A program made the translations under genes and the position numbers. A stretch of DNA of 64,000 nucleotides, from NCBI GenBank assembly GCA_041649115.1, contig JBAZNT010000010.1, positions 3,979-67,978 of the forward strand, in the 5' to 3' direction. Numbering within the stretch: position 1 is the first letter of the stretch; the number at the start of each line of letters is the position of its first letter. The DNA is from Candidatus Omnitrophota bacterium (GTDB taxonomy: Bacteria; Omnitrophota; Gorgyraeia; Gygaellales; Profunditerraquicolaceae). The notes beneath the pieces were generated by a model, which was not told the origin of the DNA, ran no database searches, and saw only the letters and a list, made by a program, of their open reading frames with translations. Below, in pieces: positions 9,876-19,048 of this stretch.

Positions 9876-11306
9876 ATGCGCCTATTATTACCTTTTATCC
9901 TTGCCGGGCTTATTTTAACAGGCGGATGCTCGCATCTGCCAATCCAGGATTTATTTCCATTGGAGGGCGTAGATGAATTAGAGCCTATCCGCAAAAATGA
10001 ACGGATCCTGGTAATGGCTCCGCATCCGGATGATGAAGCTATTGCCTGCGCCGGGATTATCCAGAAGGCCATTGACGCCGGCGCAGAGGTCAAGGTGCTT
10101 TACCTTACTAACGGCGACCACAACCAGGTCGCTTTTATTGTTTACGAGAAGAGGTTGACTTTCAGGAAGGGCGAATTTATCCATATGGGGCAGGTGCGTC
10201 ACAGCGAGGCAGTCAAGGCAATGGAGTTTTTCGGCCTGGATGAGTCACGCTTGATTTTCCTGGGGTATCCGGACTTCGGGACATTTACAATCTTTCGTGA
10301 CTACTGGGATGCCAAGAGTCCGTACAGGAGCATGCTTACGCGTATCTCGCATGTGCCTTACCGGAGTAATCTTTCCTACGGCGCTCCCTATACCGGGGAA
10401 AGCATCCTGGGTGATATCAAGAAGGTTCTTCGGGAGTATCGCCCGGATAAGATATTCGTTTCACACCCCTCGGATACCAATCCCGACCACCGGGCATTCT
10501 ATCTTTTTTTACAGGTTGCCCTCTGGGACCTTGAAGGAGACGATATCCCTCCCAAGGTTTATCCCTATCTTGTCCATTGCCCTGGCTGGCCGCTTCCGCG
10601 GCATTACCACCCTAAGCTTCAGCTCGGGCCTCCCAGACAGTATCCGGTAGGCGCAGGGATTAAATGGCTCAGGTCGGATATGTCCTCCCAGGAGATAGAT
10701 GATAAGCATAAGGCAATCCTGTGTTATAGGAGCCAGACCCAGAGCAGCGCTTTCTACCTTTTGTCATTTGCGCGCCGGAATGAACTTTTCGGCAATTACC
10801 CGACAGTGGTCCTGGATTTAAAAAAAGACGTCTTTCCGGCCAGCAAGGAATGGGTGATGCCGGTGCTGCCTTTCTGGAAACATCCTTCCGGGGATCCTGG
10901 GCTTGATAGCCCCTATGATACGGTGGCAGAGCAGGATAACAAAACCCGGGTCAGGTATGAGTGCGACGGCGCTAATTTTTATATAAAGGTTACCAACAGC
11001 GATGCCTTGAGCAGGAAGTTTGGCACCTTGATTTACCTGTTTGGATATAGCCGCAAGGTTGAATTTGCCAAGATGCCAAAATTACGCATCGTGACTAAGG
11101 GCAGGAGATTCAAGGTGTTCGATTCACGCAAGGTTCTGAAAGCCGAAGGCATAGAATTGAGCCTGGGGGAACAGGAATTTATCTTAAAGATACCGCTTGC
11201 GGTCTTGAAGGATCCCGATGCCATCCTTACTTCGCTTAAGTCATACGGTGCGAGGCCGCGGCTGAATTCCATGGGGTTCCGTAAGGTAATCATCAAGAGG
11301 AGGTAG
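9876..11306 (+). CDS. Lipoprotein with an N-terminal PIG-L/LmbE-type deacetylase domain and a C-terminal domain of about 220 aa with unknown function
   Basis: A lipobox is present (LTGGC). The PIG-L signature is VMAPHPDDEAIACAG followed by ...NGDHN and a ...HPDH-like block (SDTNPDHRA). I recognise no motifs in the C-terminal half. Confidence 0.75.
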   Translation: MRLLLPFILAGLILTGGCSHLPIQDLFPLEGVDELEPIRKNERILVMAPHPDDEAIACAGIIQKAIDAGAEVKVLYLTNGDHNQVAFIVYEKRLTFRKGEFIHMGQVRHSEAVKAMEFFGLDESRLIFLGYPDFGTFTIFRDYWDAKSPYRSMLTRISHVPYRSNLSYGAPYTGESILGDIKKVLREYRPDKIFVSHPSDTNPDHRAFYLFLQVALWDLEGDDIPPKVYPYLVHCPGWPLPRHYHPKLQLGPPRQYPVGAGIKWLRSDMSSQEIDDKHKAILCYRSQTQSSAFYLLSFARRNELFGNYPTVVLDLKKDVFPASKEWVMPVLPFWKHPSGDPGLDSPYDTVAEQDNKTRVRYECDGANFYIKVTNSDALSRKFGTLIYLFGYSRKVEFAKMPKLRIVTKGRRFKVFDSRKVLKAEGIELSLGEQEFILKIPLAVLKDPDAILTSLKSYGARPRLNSMGFRKVIIKRR

Positions 11307-11307
11307 G

Positions 11308-11793
11308 ATGGCGGAGTTAAAGCTTATAAAGATCAAGAAGCCCGCAGAGGTCAATGTGATTTTAGGCCAGAGCCATTTTATCAAGACCGTAGAGGATATC
11401 TACGAGGTTCTGGTAAGCAGCGTCCCGGGGATTAAGTTTGGTTTGGCGTTCGCGGAGTCTTCCGGTGCCTGTAAGGTAAGGTCGGAAGGGACAGACCCCG
11501 GGCTTAAGGCGCTTGCCGAGGAGAATGTCCTGGCAATCGCAGCAGGACACAGTTTTATCATTTTTATAAAGGACAGTTATCCCATAAATGTCCTTAATGC
11601 CATTAAGGCCATACCGGAGGTCTGCTCCATTTATTGCGCTTCGGCTAATCCGCTTGAGGTCGCCGTAATTGAGGGGGATTCCGGGTGCGGTATACTCGGG
11701 GTGATAGACGGGGCTTCGCCTAAAGGCATCGAGACCGCCGAAGATATCTCCTGGCGCCGGGGGCTCTTGCGTAAGATCGGCTATAAATTTTAA
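11308..11793 (+). CDS. Adenosine-specific kinase-like protein (PF04008-type, mostly archaeal family)
   Basis: 161 aa. The N-terminal block VILGQSHFIKTVEDIYEVLVSSVPGIKFGLAFAESSG matches my recollection of this family. The gene starts 1 nt after the preceding stop. The assignment is from memory only. Confidence 0.55.
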   Translation: MAELKLIKIKKPAEVNVILGQSHFIKTVEDIYEVLVSSVPGIKFGLAFAESSGACKVRSEGTDPGLKALAEENVLAIAAGHSFIIFIKDSYPINVLNAIKAIPEVCSIYCASANPLEVAVIEGDSGCGILGVIDGASPKGIETAEDISWRRGLLRKIGYKF

Positions 11794-11884
11794 CATCTTA
11801 ACTTTAATTTTACCATGCCGGGGTTAAGGGGTTGGCCGGCAGACACCGCTTTTTTGCGTTGACGGACGGAAGAACCGATTTTTC

Positions 11885-11912
11885 TTGAAAATCAAACCTG
11901 TTTTGTTATAAT
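11885..11912 (+). promoter_or_regulatory. Sigma70-type promoter candidate (-35 TTGAAA, 16-nt spacer, -10 TATAAT)
   Basis: The hexamers are at 11885-11890 and 11907-11912, 11 nt upstream of ATG 11923. Confidence 0.5.
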
Positions 11913-11922
11913 TCCACTGATT

Positions 11923-12834
11923 ATGGACCGTAAAAAAATACGTAAGACTTTTTCTCGCCTCGCGGCGTGGTGGGGATTGAATATCAGCTCTTTGATAGTC
12001 TCGCTGCTGCCTGAACGCTGCATCTATGGGTTTGCCGACGGGCTGTCCGGTTTGGCCTATTATTGTGCCGTAAAACAGAGGAAGATAGCCTTAAATAGTC
12101 TCAGCATCGCATTTGGCAAAGATAAGAGCCCCCGGGAGATAAGGCAGATTGCCAGGGATTGTTTTGCGCTGATGGCGAAGTCCGGAGTCGAGCTGATGTT
12201 TTTATTAAATAAACCCCGGCTTTTGCGTAAGTATTCCTTTTTCCAGGGACGCGAAAATCTTGATGCCGCCCTGGCAAAAGGCAAAGGGGTGGTTTTGGTT
12301 TCGGCGCATTTCGGAAATTTTCCTCTTCTCTTGGGCAGGTTAAGTATTGAAGGTTACGCCGCCGGGGGGATCATGAGGCCTATGCGCGACAAGACCACCG
12401 AGGATTATTTTTTGAAGACCCGTCAGCGCTACGGCGTCAAGACCATTTACAGCCAGCCGCGCAAGGCCTGCGTTGAAGAGACCATCAGGTCGCTGCGCAG
12501 CAACGAGTTGATATTTATACCGATAGACCAGAATTTCGGCACCGGGGGAGTATTTGTGAATTTCTTCGGCGTCAAGGCCGCTACCGCTACGGGGCCGGTA
12601 GTTTTTGCCCAGCGTACCGGCGCAGCGTTGATTCCCTGTTTTATAGTGCGCCAGCCGGATAACAGGAATAAGATTATTTTTGAGCCAGAAATGGAATTGC
12701 AACACGGCGCTACCGCCCAGGAGACGGTCGCCGTCAATATCCAGCGGCTTACCGACATCATAGAGTCGTACATCCGCAGATACCCTGCTGAATGGGGATG
12801 GATACACCGCCGCTGGAAGAGCCGCCCGGCCTAA
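11923..12834 (+). CDS. Lipid A biosynthesis (Kdo)2-lipid IVA acyltransferase family protein (LpxL/HtrB-like)
   Basis: 303 aa with an N-terminal TM anchor. The acyltransferase H-x4-(D/E)-like block is SAHFGNFPLL. The C-terminal YPAEWGWIHRRWK motif is typical of the LpxL/LpxM family. Confidence 0.8.
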   Translation: MDRKKIRKTFSRLAAWWGLNISSLIVSLLPERCIYGFADGLSGLAYYCAVKQRKIALNSLSIAFGKDKSPREIRQIARDCFALMAKSGVELMFLLNKPRLLRKYSFFQGRENLDAALAKGKGVVLVSAHFGNFPLLLGRLSIEGYAAGGIMRPMRDKTTEDYFLKTRQRYGVKTIYSQPRKACVEETIRSLRSNELIFIPIDQNFGTGGVFVNFFGVKAATATGPVVFAQRTGAALIPCFIVRQPDNRNKIIFEPEMELQHGATAQETVAVNIQRLTDIIESYIRRYPAEWGWIHRRWKSRPA

Positions 12835-12916
12835 AAAAAATAATCGGCGCTCGGCCGTTTTATGATATAATACATCAAACGCCATTTTATAGGTAAAACA
12901 GGAGGAGGTGTAAGAG

Positions 12917-13129
12917 ATGGCAGAAGAAATCAAACAGGAAGAAAAGAAGCTCGATACAAAAAAGTTATTCTGGACTGTCTTCAAGGTAGTCCTGGGCCTG
13001 GTATTTTTGGTTTTGGGCGTATGGGCGATTGTTGCCTGGTGGCAGTATCTCCTGATGGTAGTAAGGGGTTGCATCGGGTTATTTCTGCTTTTAGCAGGCG
13101 TGATTACCCTCGCTATCGCCAAGGAATAA
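12917..13129 (+). CDS. Small two-TM membrane protein, function unknown
   Basis: 70 aa. A strong SD (AGGAGGAGGTG) precedes the ATG. There are two clear hydrophobic helices. Confidence 0.5.
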   Translation: MAEEIKQEEKKLDTKKLFWTVFKVVLGLVFLVLGVWAIVAWWQYLLMVVRGCIGLFLLLAGVITLAIAKE

Positions 13130-13153
13130 ACTCTTAATTTTTGGAGCATTTAA

Positions 13154-13201
13154 GGGGGTTGGTAGTCCAGGAGTCGGTGGGTTGCCAATCCCCATTTTTT
13201 T
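13154..13201 (+). terminator. Rho-independent terminator
   Basis: A 9-bp stem pairs GGGGGTTGG (13154-13162) with CCAATCCCC (13185-13193). A T-run follows at 13195-13201. Confidence 0.7.
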
Positions 13202-13218
13202 GTCTTTATCGGAGAGGC

Positions 13219-13247
13219 TTTACTATTTTCATTTTTTTAGGTATAAT
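13219..13247 (+). promoter_or_regulatory. Promoter candidate for bioY (-35 TTTACT, 17-nt spacer, -10 TATAAT)
   Basis: The hexamers are at 13219-13224 and 13242-13247. Confidence 0.4.
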
Positions 13248-13282
13248 AATCAAAAATACGCTAATAATAAAGAGGAGAAGAG

Positions 13283-13855
13283 ATGCTGACGGCCATAATG
13301 AGGAAAGAAGTTATCAGGGGCAAAATTGCCTGCCGCATTAGCGCAGTGGCGGCATTTGTTATATTGACGAGTCTGGGTGCATTCGTGCGCATCCCCTTGC
13401 CTTTTACCCCCGTACCGTTTACGCTGCAGACATTTTTTGTTTTGCTCTCCGGGGCTTTTCTTGGGGCAGCCTTGGGGCCGCTTTCTCAGGCGCTTTATCT
13501 TTTTCTCGGGATAGGGGGCCTTTCCTTATTCTCGGGGGCGGCCGGAGGAATGTTTTCTTTCTATGGCCCTACCGCAGGATACCTTATCGGTTTTATACTG
13601 GCGAGCTTATTTATCGGCAGGGCTATATCCCGGGTCAAGGAAAACATATTCTTCGCCTCGTGTGTATTGATGGCAGGGGACGTAATACTCTTATGCTGCG
13701 GCACCCTCTGGCTCAAAATGCTTCTCGGCGTTTCTCTTGCTAAGGCATTTCTGCTTGGTTTCCTTCCGTTTTTACCCGGCGACATAGTCAAGGCAATCTT
13801 GGCTGCCGCAGTTTATCTAAGGTTTAAGTCCCGCCTCAAACAGATACTATTCTAA
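13283..13855 (+). CDS. bioY: Biotin transporter BioY (solitary S-component; start may be ATG 13298)
   Basis: 190 aa with six TM segments. BioY-like blocks are present (PFTLQTFFVLLSGAFLG, GPTAGYLIGF, LPFLPGDIVK). Confidence 0.85.
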   Translation: MLTAIMRKEVIRGKIACRISAVAAFVILTSLGAFVRIPLPFTPVPFTLQTFFVLLSGAFLGAALGPLSQALYLFLGIGGLSLFSGAAGGMFSFYGPTAGYLIGFILASLFIGRAISRVKENIFFASCVLMAGDVILLCCGTLWLKMLLGVSLAKAFLLGFLPFLPGDIVKAILAAAVYLRFKSRLKQILF

Positions 13856-13881
13856 AACAGACATCATAACAAGGAGGGTCC

Positions 13882-14334
13882 ATGAAGGTGCAGGATGTTA
13901 TGAGCCGCAATGTCACGCATCTGGCCGCCGATACTACCGTGAAGGAGGCAGCGGAATTACTGCAGAAGAAGCAGATAAGCGGCCTACCGGTAATGGACGC
14001 CAACGGCAGGCTGGTAGGGATGTTTACCGAAAAGGACATCCTTTCCCATATCCTGCCCAGTTACATCGAGAAGGTCGGAAGTTTCGTCTATGAAGAGAAC
14101 CCAAAGGCCACCAAGAGAAAATTCGGGCAGCTCGCAGAGATGACGGTGTCTAAACTGATGCGCCGCGAAGTAGTGACTGTTAACGAGAACGTTACCCTCT
14201 CTGAGGTTGCCAGGGTAATGCTTACGCAAAAGATAAGGCGTATCCCGGTAGTGGATAAGGATTCCAGGGTAGTCGGTATTATAGCGCGTTCCGATATCCT
14301 CAGGGGCCTTATCGAGGAGGAGCGTAAGGTTTAG
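13882..14334 (+). CDS. CBS-pair domain protein
   Basis: 150 aa with two CBS repeats (VMSRNV...GLPVMD and LMRREV...RIPVVD). Confidence 0.85.
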   Translation: MKVQDVMSRNVTHLAADTTVKEAAELLQKKQISGLPVMDANGRLVGMFTEKDILSHILPSYIEKVGSFVYEENPKATKRKFGQLAEMTVSKLMRREVVTVNENVTLSEVARVMLTQKIRRIPVVDKDSRVVGIIARSDILRGLIEEERKV

Positions 14335-14335
14335 C

Positions 14336-15718
14336 ATGATCAGGAAATTCTTCATCCTCATTTCTATCTCCCTGGGGTTGGGGTTTCTTGCAAGATGGGC
14401 GGGGCTTACCACACATCAGGCTACCGCTATTTCGATATTCTCCGCATCGATAATGGGCACGCTTTTTTTCTGGAATTTCCGGCTTGCCTTCGTATTCCTC
14501 GGTACCTCACTCCTTTTAATGACCAGGACCATTGACCTTAAGAGCGTCATAACCTTTGCGTCGCTGGAGGTTATCATGTTTCTGGTCGGGATGATGATCC
14601 TGGTGGGGCTCCTGAAGGACGCCGGTTTTTTTGCCTGGATTGTCAGTCTTATTCTGCGCATCAAGAACCTCACCGCTAATAAGTTTTTCATACTTATCTG
14701 TGTCATCTCCGCCTTATTGGCCTGTGCCGTTGATGAGGTTACGGCCATTATTTTTATCGTAGCGGCGATCTTTGAGATATGCGATTACTTTGAGGTCAAC
14801 CCCATGCCGTTTCTTATATCGGCAGTACTGGCTACCAATACCGGCTCCAGCGGTACGGCGCTGGGTAACCCCATCGGCATACTCATTGCGTCAAAGTCCG
14901 GCTTCACCTTTGAGGATTTCATGCTGAAGGCATTTCCGGTCATGCTGGTCTGTCTTTTTATGGCCGTTGCGGTCTTGAGGTTTTGGTATCGCCGGGAGGT
15001 AGCTGAGCTGGACCGCAAGATGAAGGAGTTCGGTGCCAATGACTTTTTGATAAGGCTTATCTCGGTGCCTCCGGAGAAGGAGCTCAAGGTCAGCCTATGG
15101 GTGTTCGGGATGACCCTGGTTTTTATTGCCCTGCACCACAGGCTGGAACTGTTATGGGGCCTGGAGTCTAATACCATTCTTCTGACCATGCCGCTATTTT
15201 CCAGCGGCTGCGTGATGATATGGAAATGGAGGAAGGCCCGTAAATACATCGAGAAAGACGTAGAGTGGTGGACGCTCCTGTTCTTTATGCTGCTTTTTGT
15301 GCAGGCGGGGGCGCTTAAATACACCGGGGCCACGGACGTCCTGGCTAAGAAGCTCGCCATGCTCTCCGGCAACAGCGTCCCGCTTCTTACCGGCATCGTA
15401 TTGTGGGTTTCCACCATAGGCTCCAGCATGCTTGATAACGTGGTGCTGGTAGCGGCATTTATACCTGTTATCCAGAGCCTCCACGGGTTAAGCTCAAGCC
15501 TCCAGCCTTTATGGTGGGCGCTGCTTTTCGGAGGGTGCTTCGGAGGCAACATTACCCTGGTAGGCTCTACCGCCAATATCGTGGCTTTAGGAATATTAGA
15601 AAAGGAGAGGAATATCCACGTAACGTTCTTCCGCTGGTTCTGGGTCGGGCTGGCGGTGGGGGTAGCGACTGCCTCGCTGGTATGGGTAGCGCTTTTATTA
15701 TTGCCTTTTTACCGATGA
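14336..15718 (+). CDS. ArsB/NhaD-type (ion transporter superfamily) permease, paralog 1
   Basis: 460 aa, polytopic. It carries the C-terminal GGNITLVGSTANIV block characteristic of the ArsB/NhaD/CitMHS-type fold. It starts 1 nt after the stop of the CBS gene. Confidence 0.7.
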   Translation: MIRKFFILISISLGLGFLARWAGLTTHQATAISIFSASIMGTLFFWNFRLAFVFLGTSLLLMTRTIDLKSVITFASLEVIMFLVGMMILVGLLKDAGFFAWIVSLILRIKNLTANKFFILICVISALLACAVDEVTAIIFIVAAIFEICDYFEVNPMPFLISAVLATNTGSSGTALGNPIGILIASKSGFTFEDFMLKAFPVMLVCLFMAVAVLRFWYRREVAELDRKMKEFGANDFLIRLISVPPEKELKVSLWVFGMTLVFIALHHRLELLWGLESNTILLTMPLFSSGCVMIWKWRKARKYIEKDVEWWTLLFFMLLFVQAGALKYTGATDVLAKKLAMLSGNSVPLLTGIVLWVSTIGSSMLDNVVLVAAFIPVIQSLHGLSSSLQPLWWALLFGGCFGGNITLVGSTANIVALGILEKERNIHVTFFRWFWVGLAVGVATASLVWVALLLLPFYR

Positions 15719-16989
15719 AACAGATATCCGTAACTATATTTTTACTGACATACCTGGCAATCGCCTATTTCATGAACCGCCAGAAGAACAGGATGGTGCT
15801 GATTTCGGTCTATGCCGGGGTGGCGGCATTGTTCTTGTCCGGCGCCGTCAGCCCTCTAGAGGCCGCCGCCTCCATTAACATTAACGTTTTGGGCGTATTC
15901 CTGGGCACGATGATACTCTCAAGCCTTTTTATTTATTCCGGGGTGCCTGCCTACCTGGCATGCCTGATGGTAAACAAGTCTAAAAGCGTAGCCATGGCCC
16001 TGTTGCTGGTGTGCGGGCTTTCGGGTTTTATCTCCAGTTTCACCGAGAACGTCGCTACCGTATTTATCGTGGCGCCCATTGCCTTAGAGATTGCCAGGCG
16101 CATCAATACCAATCCGGTGCCGCTTTTGATTGGGGTAGCATTGTCCGCGAACCTGCAGGGGACGGCTACCATGATCGGCGACTCCCCGAGTATTATCCTG
16201 GCAATGCAGTCCGGGATGAATTTCAACGACTTTTTCTGGATGAAGGCAAGGCCGGGGATATTCTTTGCCGTGGAATTGGGAGCGACCGGAGCATTTTTAT
16301 TCCTCTGGTCAGTTTTTCGCCGTTACCGTAGCAGGCCGCAGGGGCTGGAACTAGTCAGGCCCAGGAGTTGGGTCCCCGCCGTTTTGATGTCGCTGATGGT
16401 CTTGACGCTGATTTCCTCTTCTTTTCTTCAGGCCAAACCGGTTTACTCGGTGGCGTTTATATGTTTATCATGGGCAACGGTCGGGATTATCTGGCATGAA
16501 TTAAGGCACCGCGAGGCAATCTCGCTTTTGAAAAATCTGGACTGGCAGACATTCTTTTTCCTGATCGCGATATTTATTTTAGTCAGCAGCCTTACCTCTA
16601 ACGGCGTAATCAACGATATCGCAGGATGGATATCATTGCTTTCCCGCGGGAACGCAGTTTTTGCCTATGTTTTTATCGTATTGCTCTCGGTATTACTTTC
16701 GGCATTTGTGGATAATATACCGTATACCATTGCGATGATTCCCGTGGCTAAGATGGTAGCCGCCGGTTTCGGAATGTCAATATATCCTTTTCTCTTCGGA
16801 CTTTTAATCGGAACCTGCCTGGGAGGCAATATCACCCCGGTGGGCGCATCCTGCAATGTGGTTACGGTTGGCATATTGCGAAAGGAGGGGTATAAAGTAA
16901 AATTCAGCGAGTTCGTAAAATTGGGCTTACCGTTTACATTTATTGCCGTTACTGTCGGCGCGTTGTTCGTTTGGATAGTGTGGAGATAA
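15715..16989 (+). CDS. ArsB/NhaD-type permease, paralog 2
   Basis: ATG 15715 overlaps the upstream stop (ATGA). The product is a 424-aa polytopic protein with the related block GGNITPVGASCNVV. The 68-codon upstream extension in the ORF track lies inside the previous gene. Confidence 0.7.
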   Translation: MKQISVTIFLLTYLAIAYFMNRQKNRMVLISVYAGVAALFLSGAVSPLEAAASININVLGVFLGTMILSSLFIYSGVPAYLACLMVNKSKSVAMALLLVCGLSGFISSFTENVATVFIVAPIALEIARRINTNPVPLLIGVALSANLQGTATMIGDSPSIILAMQSGMNFNDFFWMKARPGIFFAVELGATGAFLFLWSVFRRYRSRPQGLELVRPRSWVPAVLMSLMVLTLISSSFLQAKPVYSVAFICLSWATVGIIWHELRHREAISLLKNLDWQTFFFLIAIFILVSSLTSNGVINDIAGWISLLSRGNAVFAYVFIVLLSVLLSAFVDNIPYTIAMIPVAKMVAAGFGMSIYPFLFGLLIGTCLGGNITPVGASCNVVTVGILRKEGYKVKFSEFVKLGLPFTFIAVTVGALFVWIVWR

Positions 16990-17017
16990 GAATAACATTC
17001 ATAACAGGGGGGCAACG

Positions 17018-17473
17018 ATGCGTTTAAAAATAGCTTTTGTATTATTGGGCGTGGTTTCATTGTTGTTTCTAGGCGTTGCAGCAGGATTTAGCCAGGACGG
17101 GGAAGAGGCAGCGGATAACCAGTCCGAGGCGGCCAACAATACCGATACCCAGATTGTAGAGCAAGCTCCGGCGGCGCAAACTTCCGAGCCGTCTTCCGCA
17201 GCTTCCGATGTGCAGTGGCTTTGGGGAGAGACTGTTTCGGTGGATCCTTCAAAACAGGAGTTGGTCGTAAAATACACGGACTACGATACCGATATGGAAA
17301 AAGATGCCACGGTCGTAATTACCGACAGCACCGTTTTTGACGGCGGCAAGGGGCTTGCTGAAATCAATCCCCACGATATGGTGAGCATAGATTATACCAT
17401 TGATAACAGCGGCAGGTATGTCGCCAAGAATATCGGGACGGAAAATTCGGAAACAGCTCCTCCCCAGGAATAG
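17018..17473 (+). CDS. Secreted protein of unknown function (signal peptide, acidic low-complexity linker, small beta-rich domain)
   Basis: 151 aa with an N-terminal signal-like helix. I recognise no motif. Confidence 0.45.
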   Translation: MRLKIAFVLLGVVSLLFLGVAAGFSQDGEEAADNQSEAANNTDTQIVEQAPAAQTSEPSSAASDVQWLWGETVSVDPSKQELVVKYTDYDTDMEKDATVVITDSTVFDGGKGLAEINPHDMVSIDYTIDNSGRYVAKNIGTENSETAPPQE

Positions 17474-17488
17474 ATAATCTTTATCTTT

Positions 17489-18136
17489 ATGAAGAGATAC
17501 CGGGGAATCAGGCTTGTCATCTTTGACCTTGACGGTACGCTGGTAGATGCCTATCCGGCTATAACGCGAAGCTTCAACCACGCGATGCGGTCTTTGGGCC
17601 TTGGGGCAAAGGCGCCTGCCGTGATACGCCGCGCAGTAGGATGGGGTGACGAGAACCTGCTAAGGCCTTTTCTGGCTAAAAAGGATTTACGAAAGGCGCT
17701 TTCTCTTTACCGTCGTCACCACCGCAAGGCGCTACTGGAGAATTCCAGTTTATTCAAGGGGGCGCTTAAACTCCTTTCTTATCTTAAGAGGAGAGGATAT
17801 AAGTTGGCAGTGGCGAGTAACCGGCCGAGCCGTTTTTCTCTTATCTTGATGCGTCACCTCGGGCTGGATGCTTATTTTGATTACATGCTTTGCGCAGATA
17901 AGCTCAAGCGCGGCAAGCCTTCCCCCCAGATACTGCGGCGTATTATGCGCAGGTTCGGGTTTTACGCGCGCCAGACGCTTTATGTCGGAGATATGGTAAT
18001 CGATGCCCAGGCCGGCAGGCGTGCAGGGGTCAGCACCGTCATAGTCACTACCGGCTCCAGCAGCAAAAAGGATATCCTAAGAGAAATGCCTTCAGCCGTG
18101 ATAAGGAATATCAGGCAGCTCTCGGCGATGCTTTAA
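17489..18136 (+). CDS. HAD-superfamily hydrolase (phosphoglycolate phosphatase-like)
   Basis: HAD motif I is FDLDGTLVD. Motif II is ASNR. Motif III/IV is K...GD(M)VIDAQAG. Confidence 0.8.
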   Translation: MKRYRGIRLVIFDLDGTLVDAYPAITRSFNHAMRSLGLGAKAPAVIRRAVGWGDENLLRPFLAKKDLRKALSLYRRHHRKALLENSSLFKGALKLLSYLKRRGYKLAVASNRPSRFSLILMRHLGLDAYFDYMLCADKLKRGKPSPQILRRIMRRFGFYARQTLYVGDMVIDAQAGRRAGVSTVIVTTGSSSKKDILREMPSAVIRNIRQLSAML

Positions 18137-18158
18137 CCCTTCCCGAAGCAGTTTTCCC

Positions 18159-18187
18159 TTGACCCTCAAATCTTTATAATGTAGAAT
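18159..18187 (+). promoter_or_regulatory. Promoter candidate (-35 TTGACC, 17-nt spacer, -10 TAGAAT)
   Basis: The hexamers are at 18159-18164 and 18182-18187, upstream of the CsgG-like gene. Confidence 0.5.
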
Positions 18188-18211
18188 GAGTTACAAATTG
18201 AGAGCAGTGGC

Positions 18212-18949
18212 ATGAGGAAAATAATTTTAGCCGTTTTTTCGGTTTTTTTGTTGAGCGGTTGCGCTGTCTGGCAGGGCGTAATCCACCGCGGTGCCACGCA
18301 GAATGGCGGCGCCGGCATAACGCCGCTGCCGGCTTATTCCGGTCCAAAGGCCCGCATCGCGGTAGGGGATTTCGAGATTAAGGCTGCTAAGGTTACCAGC
18401 GAAATCAGTTCCGGGCTGCGTGAGATGTTAATAGCCGGCTTAACCGACAGTAACCGTTTTTCGGTGGTAGAATACCAGCCGCTGGCGATAGTTACGCCGG
18501 GACAGGAAGCGAATTCTCCTGCGGCGGCCCAACAGGCTGCGGCCAACCAGCGGATTAAGGCCAAGTCCGCGGACCTGGTGCTTACTGCAGCAATAACAGA
18601 GTTTGAGCCCGAGGCTTCCGGAGGGAGGACCGGCTTAGGAGGCGGAGGAGGAGTGGCCAGCGGCGCAATGGGGGGTCTATTGAGCTCTTCCTTTAATAAG
18701 GCGCATATGGCGCTTGAGATACGCGTCAGTGATGCCTCTGCCTCTAAGGTATTAGGCACTGCCCGCCTGCAGGGAGAGGCCTCAAACATTTCCGGCAATT
18801 TAGCATCGGGATTTTTCGGGAATTGGAGCTTGGGCAAGGGATTGTCAGCTTATGCCAATACCCCCATGGAGAAGGCGATACGGATATGCATTATCGAGAC
18901 TGTCCGTTATATTGCCGGAGCGATACCGGCTAATTATTATAAATATTAA
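18212..18949 (+). CDS. CsgG-family outer-membrane lipoprotein (curli-type secretion channel-like)
   Basis: A lipobox is present (LLSGC). The block ARIAVGDFE...SGLREMLIAGLTDSNRFSVVE is typical of CsgG-family proteins. A Gly-rich loop is also present. Confidence 0.65.
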   Translation: MRKIILAVFSVFLLSGCAVWQGVIHRGATQNGGAGITPLPAYSGPKARIAVGDFEIKAAKVTSEISSGLREMLIAGLTDSNRFSVVEYQPLAIVTPGQEANSPAAAQQAAANQRIKAKSADLVLTAAITEFEPEASGGRTGLGGGGGVASGAMGGLLSSSFNKAHMALEIRVSDASASKVLGTARLQGEASNISGNLASGFFGNWSLGKGLSAYANTPMEKAIRICIIETVRYIAGAIPANYYKY

Positions 18950-18967
18950 AGCAGAGAGGGGATAAAA

Positions 18968-19048
18968 ATGGGAAAACGTAAACGCAGGGGAAAGCTTAAC
19001 TGGCGCTCCAAGAGAGCCAATAAAGGGAGAAAGCCCTGTCTGGGGTAG
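18968..19048 (+). CDS. 26-aa highly basic micro-protein (MGKRKRRGKLNWRSKRANKGRKPCLG), possibly a bTHX-like ribosomal protein
   Basis: It is not in the ORF track because it is too short. An SD (GAGGGG) lies 6-7 nt upstream of ATG 18968. The composition and the RRGK(L/I)xW...G(R/K)xP pattern resemble my recollection of Thermus Thx. Confidence 0.4.
   Translation: MGKRKRRGKLNWRSKRANKGRKPCLG

Noticed and set aside
13201-13282. A BirA operator (TGTAAACC-type inverted repeat) upstream of bioY, and the isolated TTGTAAACA at about 46127.
   Set aside because: No inverted-repeat partner is present at either place. Only a single half-like word is seen at 46127, so no operator can be supported.
13141-13341. 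A 66-aa ORF spanning the gap upstream of bioY.
   Set aside because: It runs through a clear terminator hairpin and T-run and through the bioY promoter candidate. It has no SD, and its sequence is implausible.
15511-15714. N-terminal extensions of tracked ORFs, here 15511. The same applies to 8333, 36599, 43922, 44911 and 30022.
   Set aside because: The extensions overlap the 3' ends of well-supported upstream genes in another frame. Internal ATGs that overlap the upstream stop codons (ATGA) or sit close to it (44926; 30076/30085 within the lipA 3' end) give proteins with normal N-termini.
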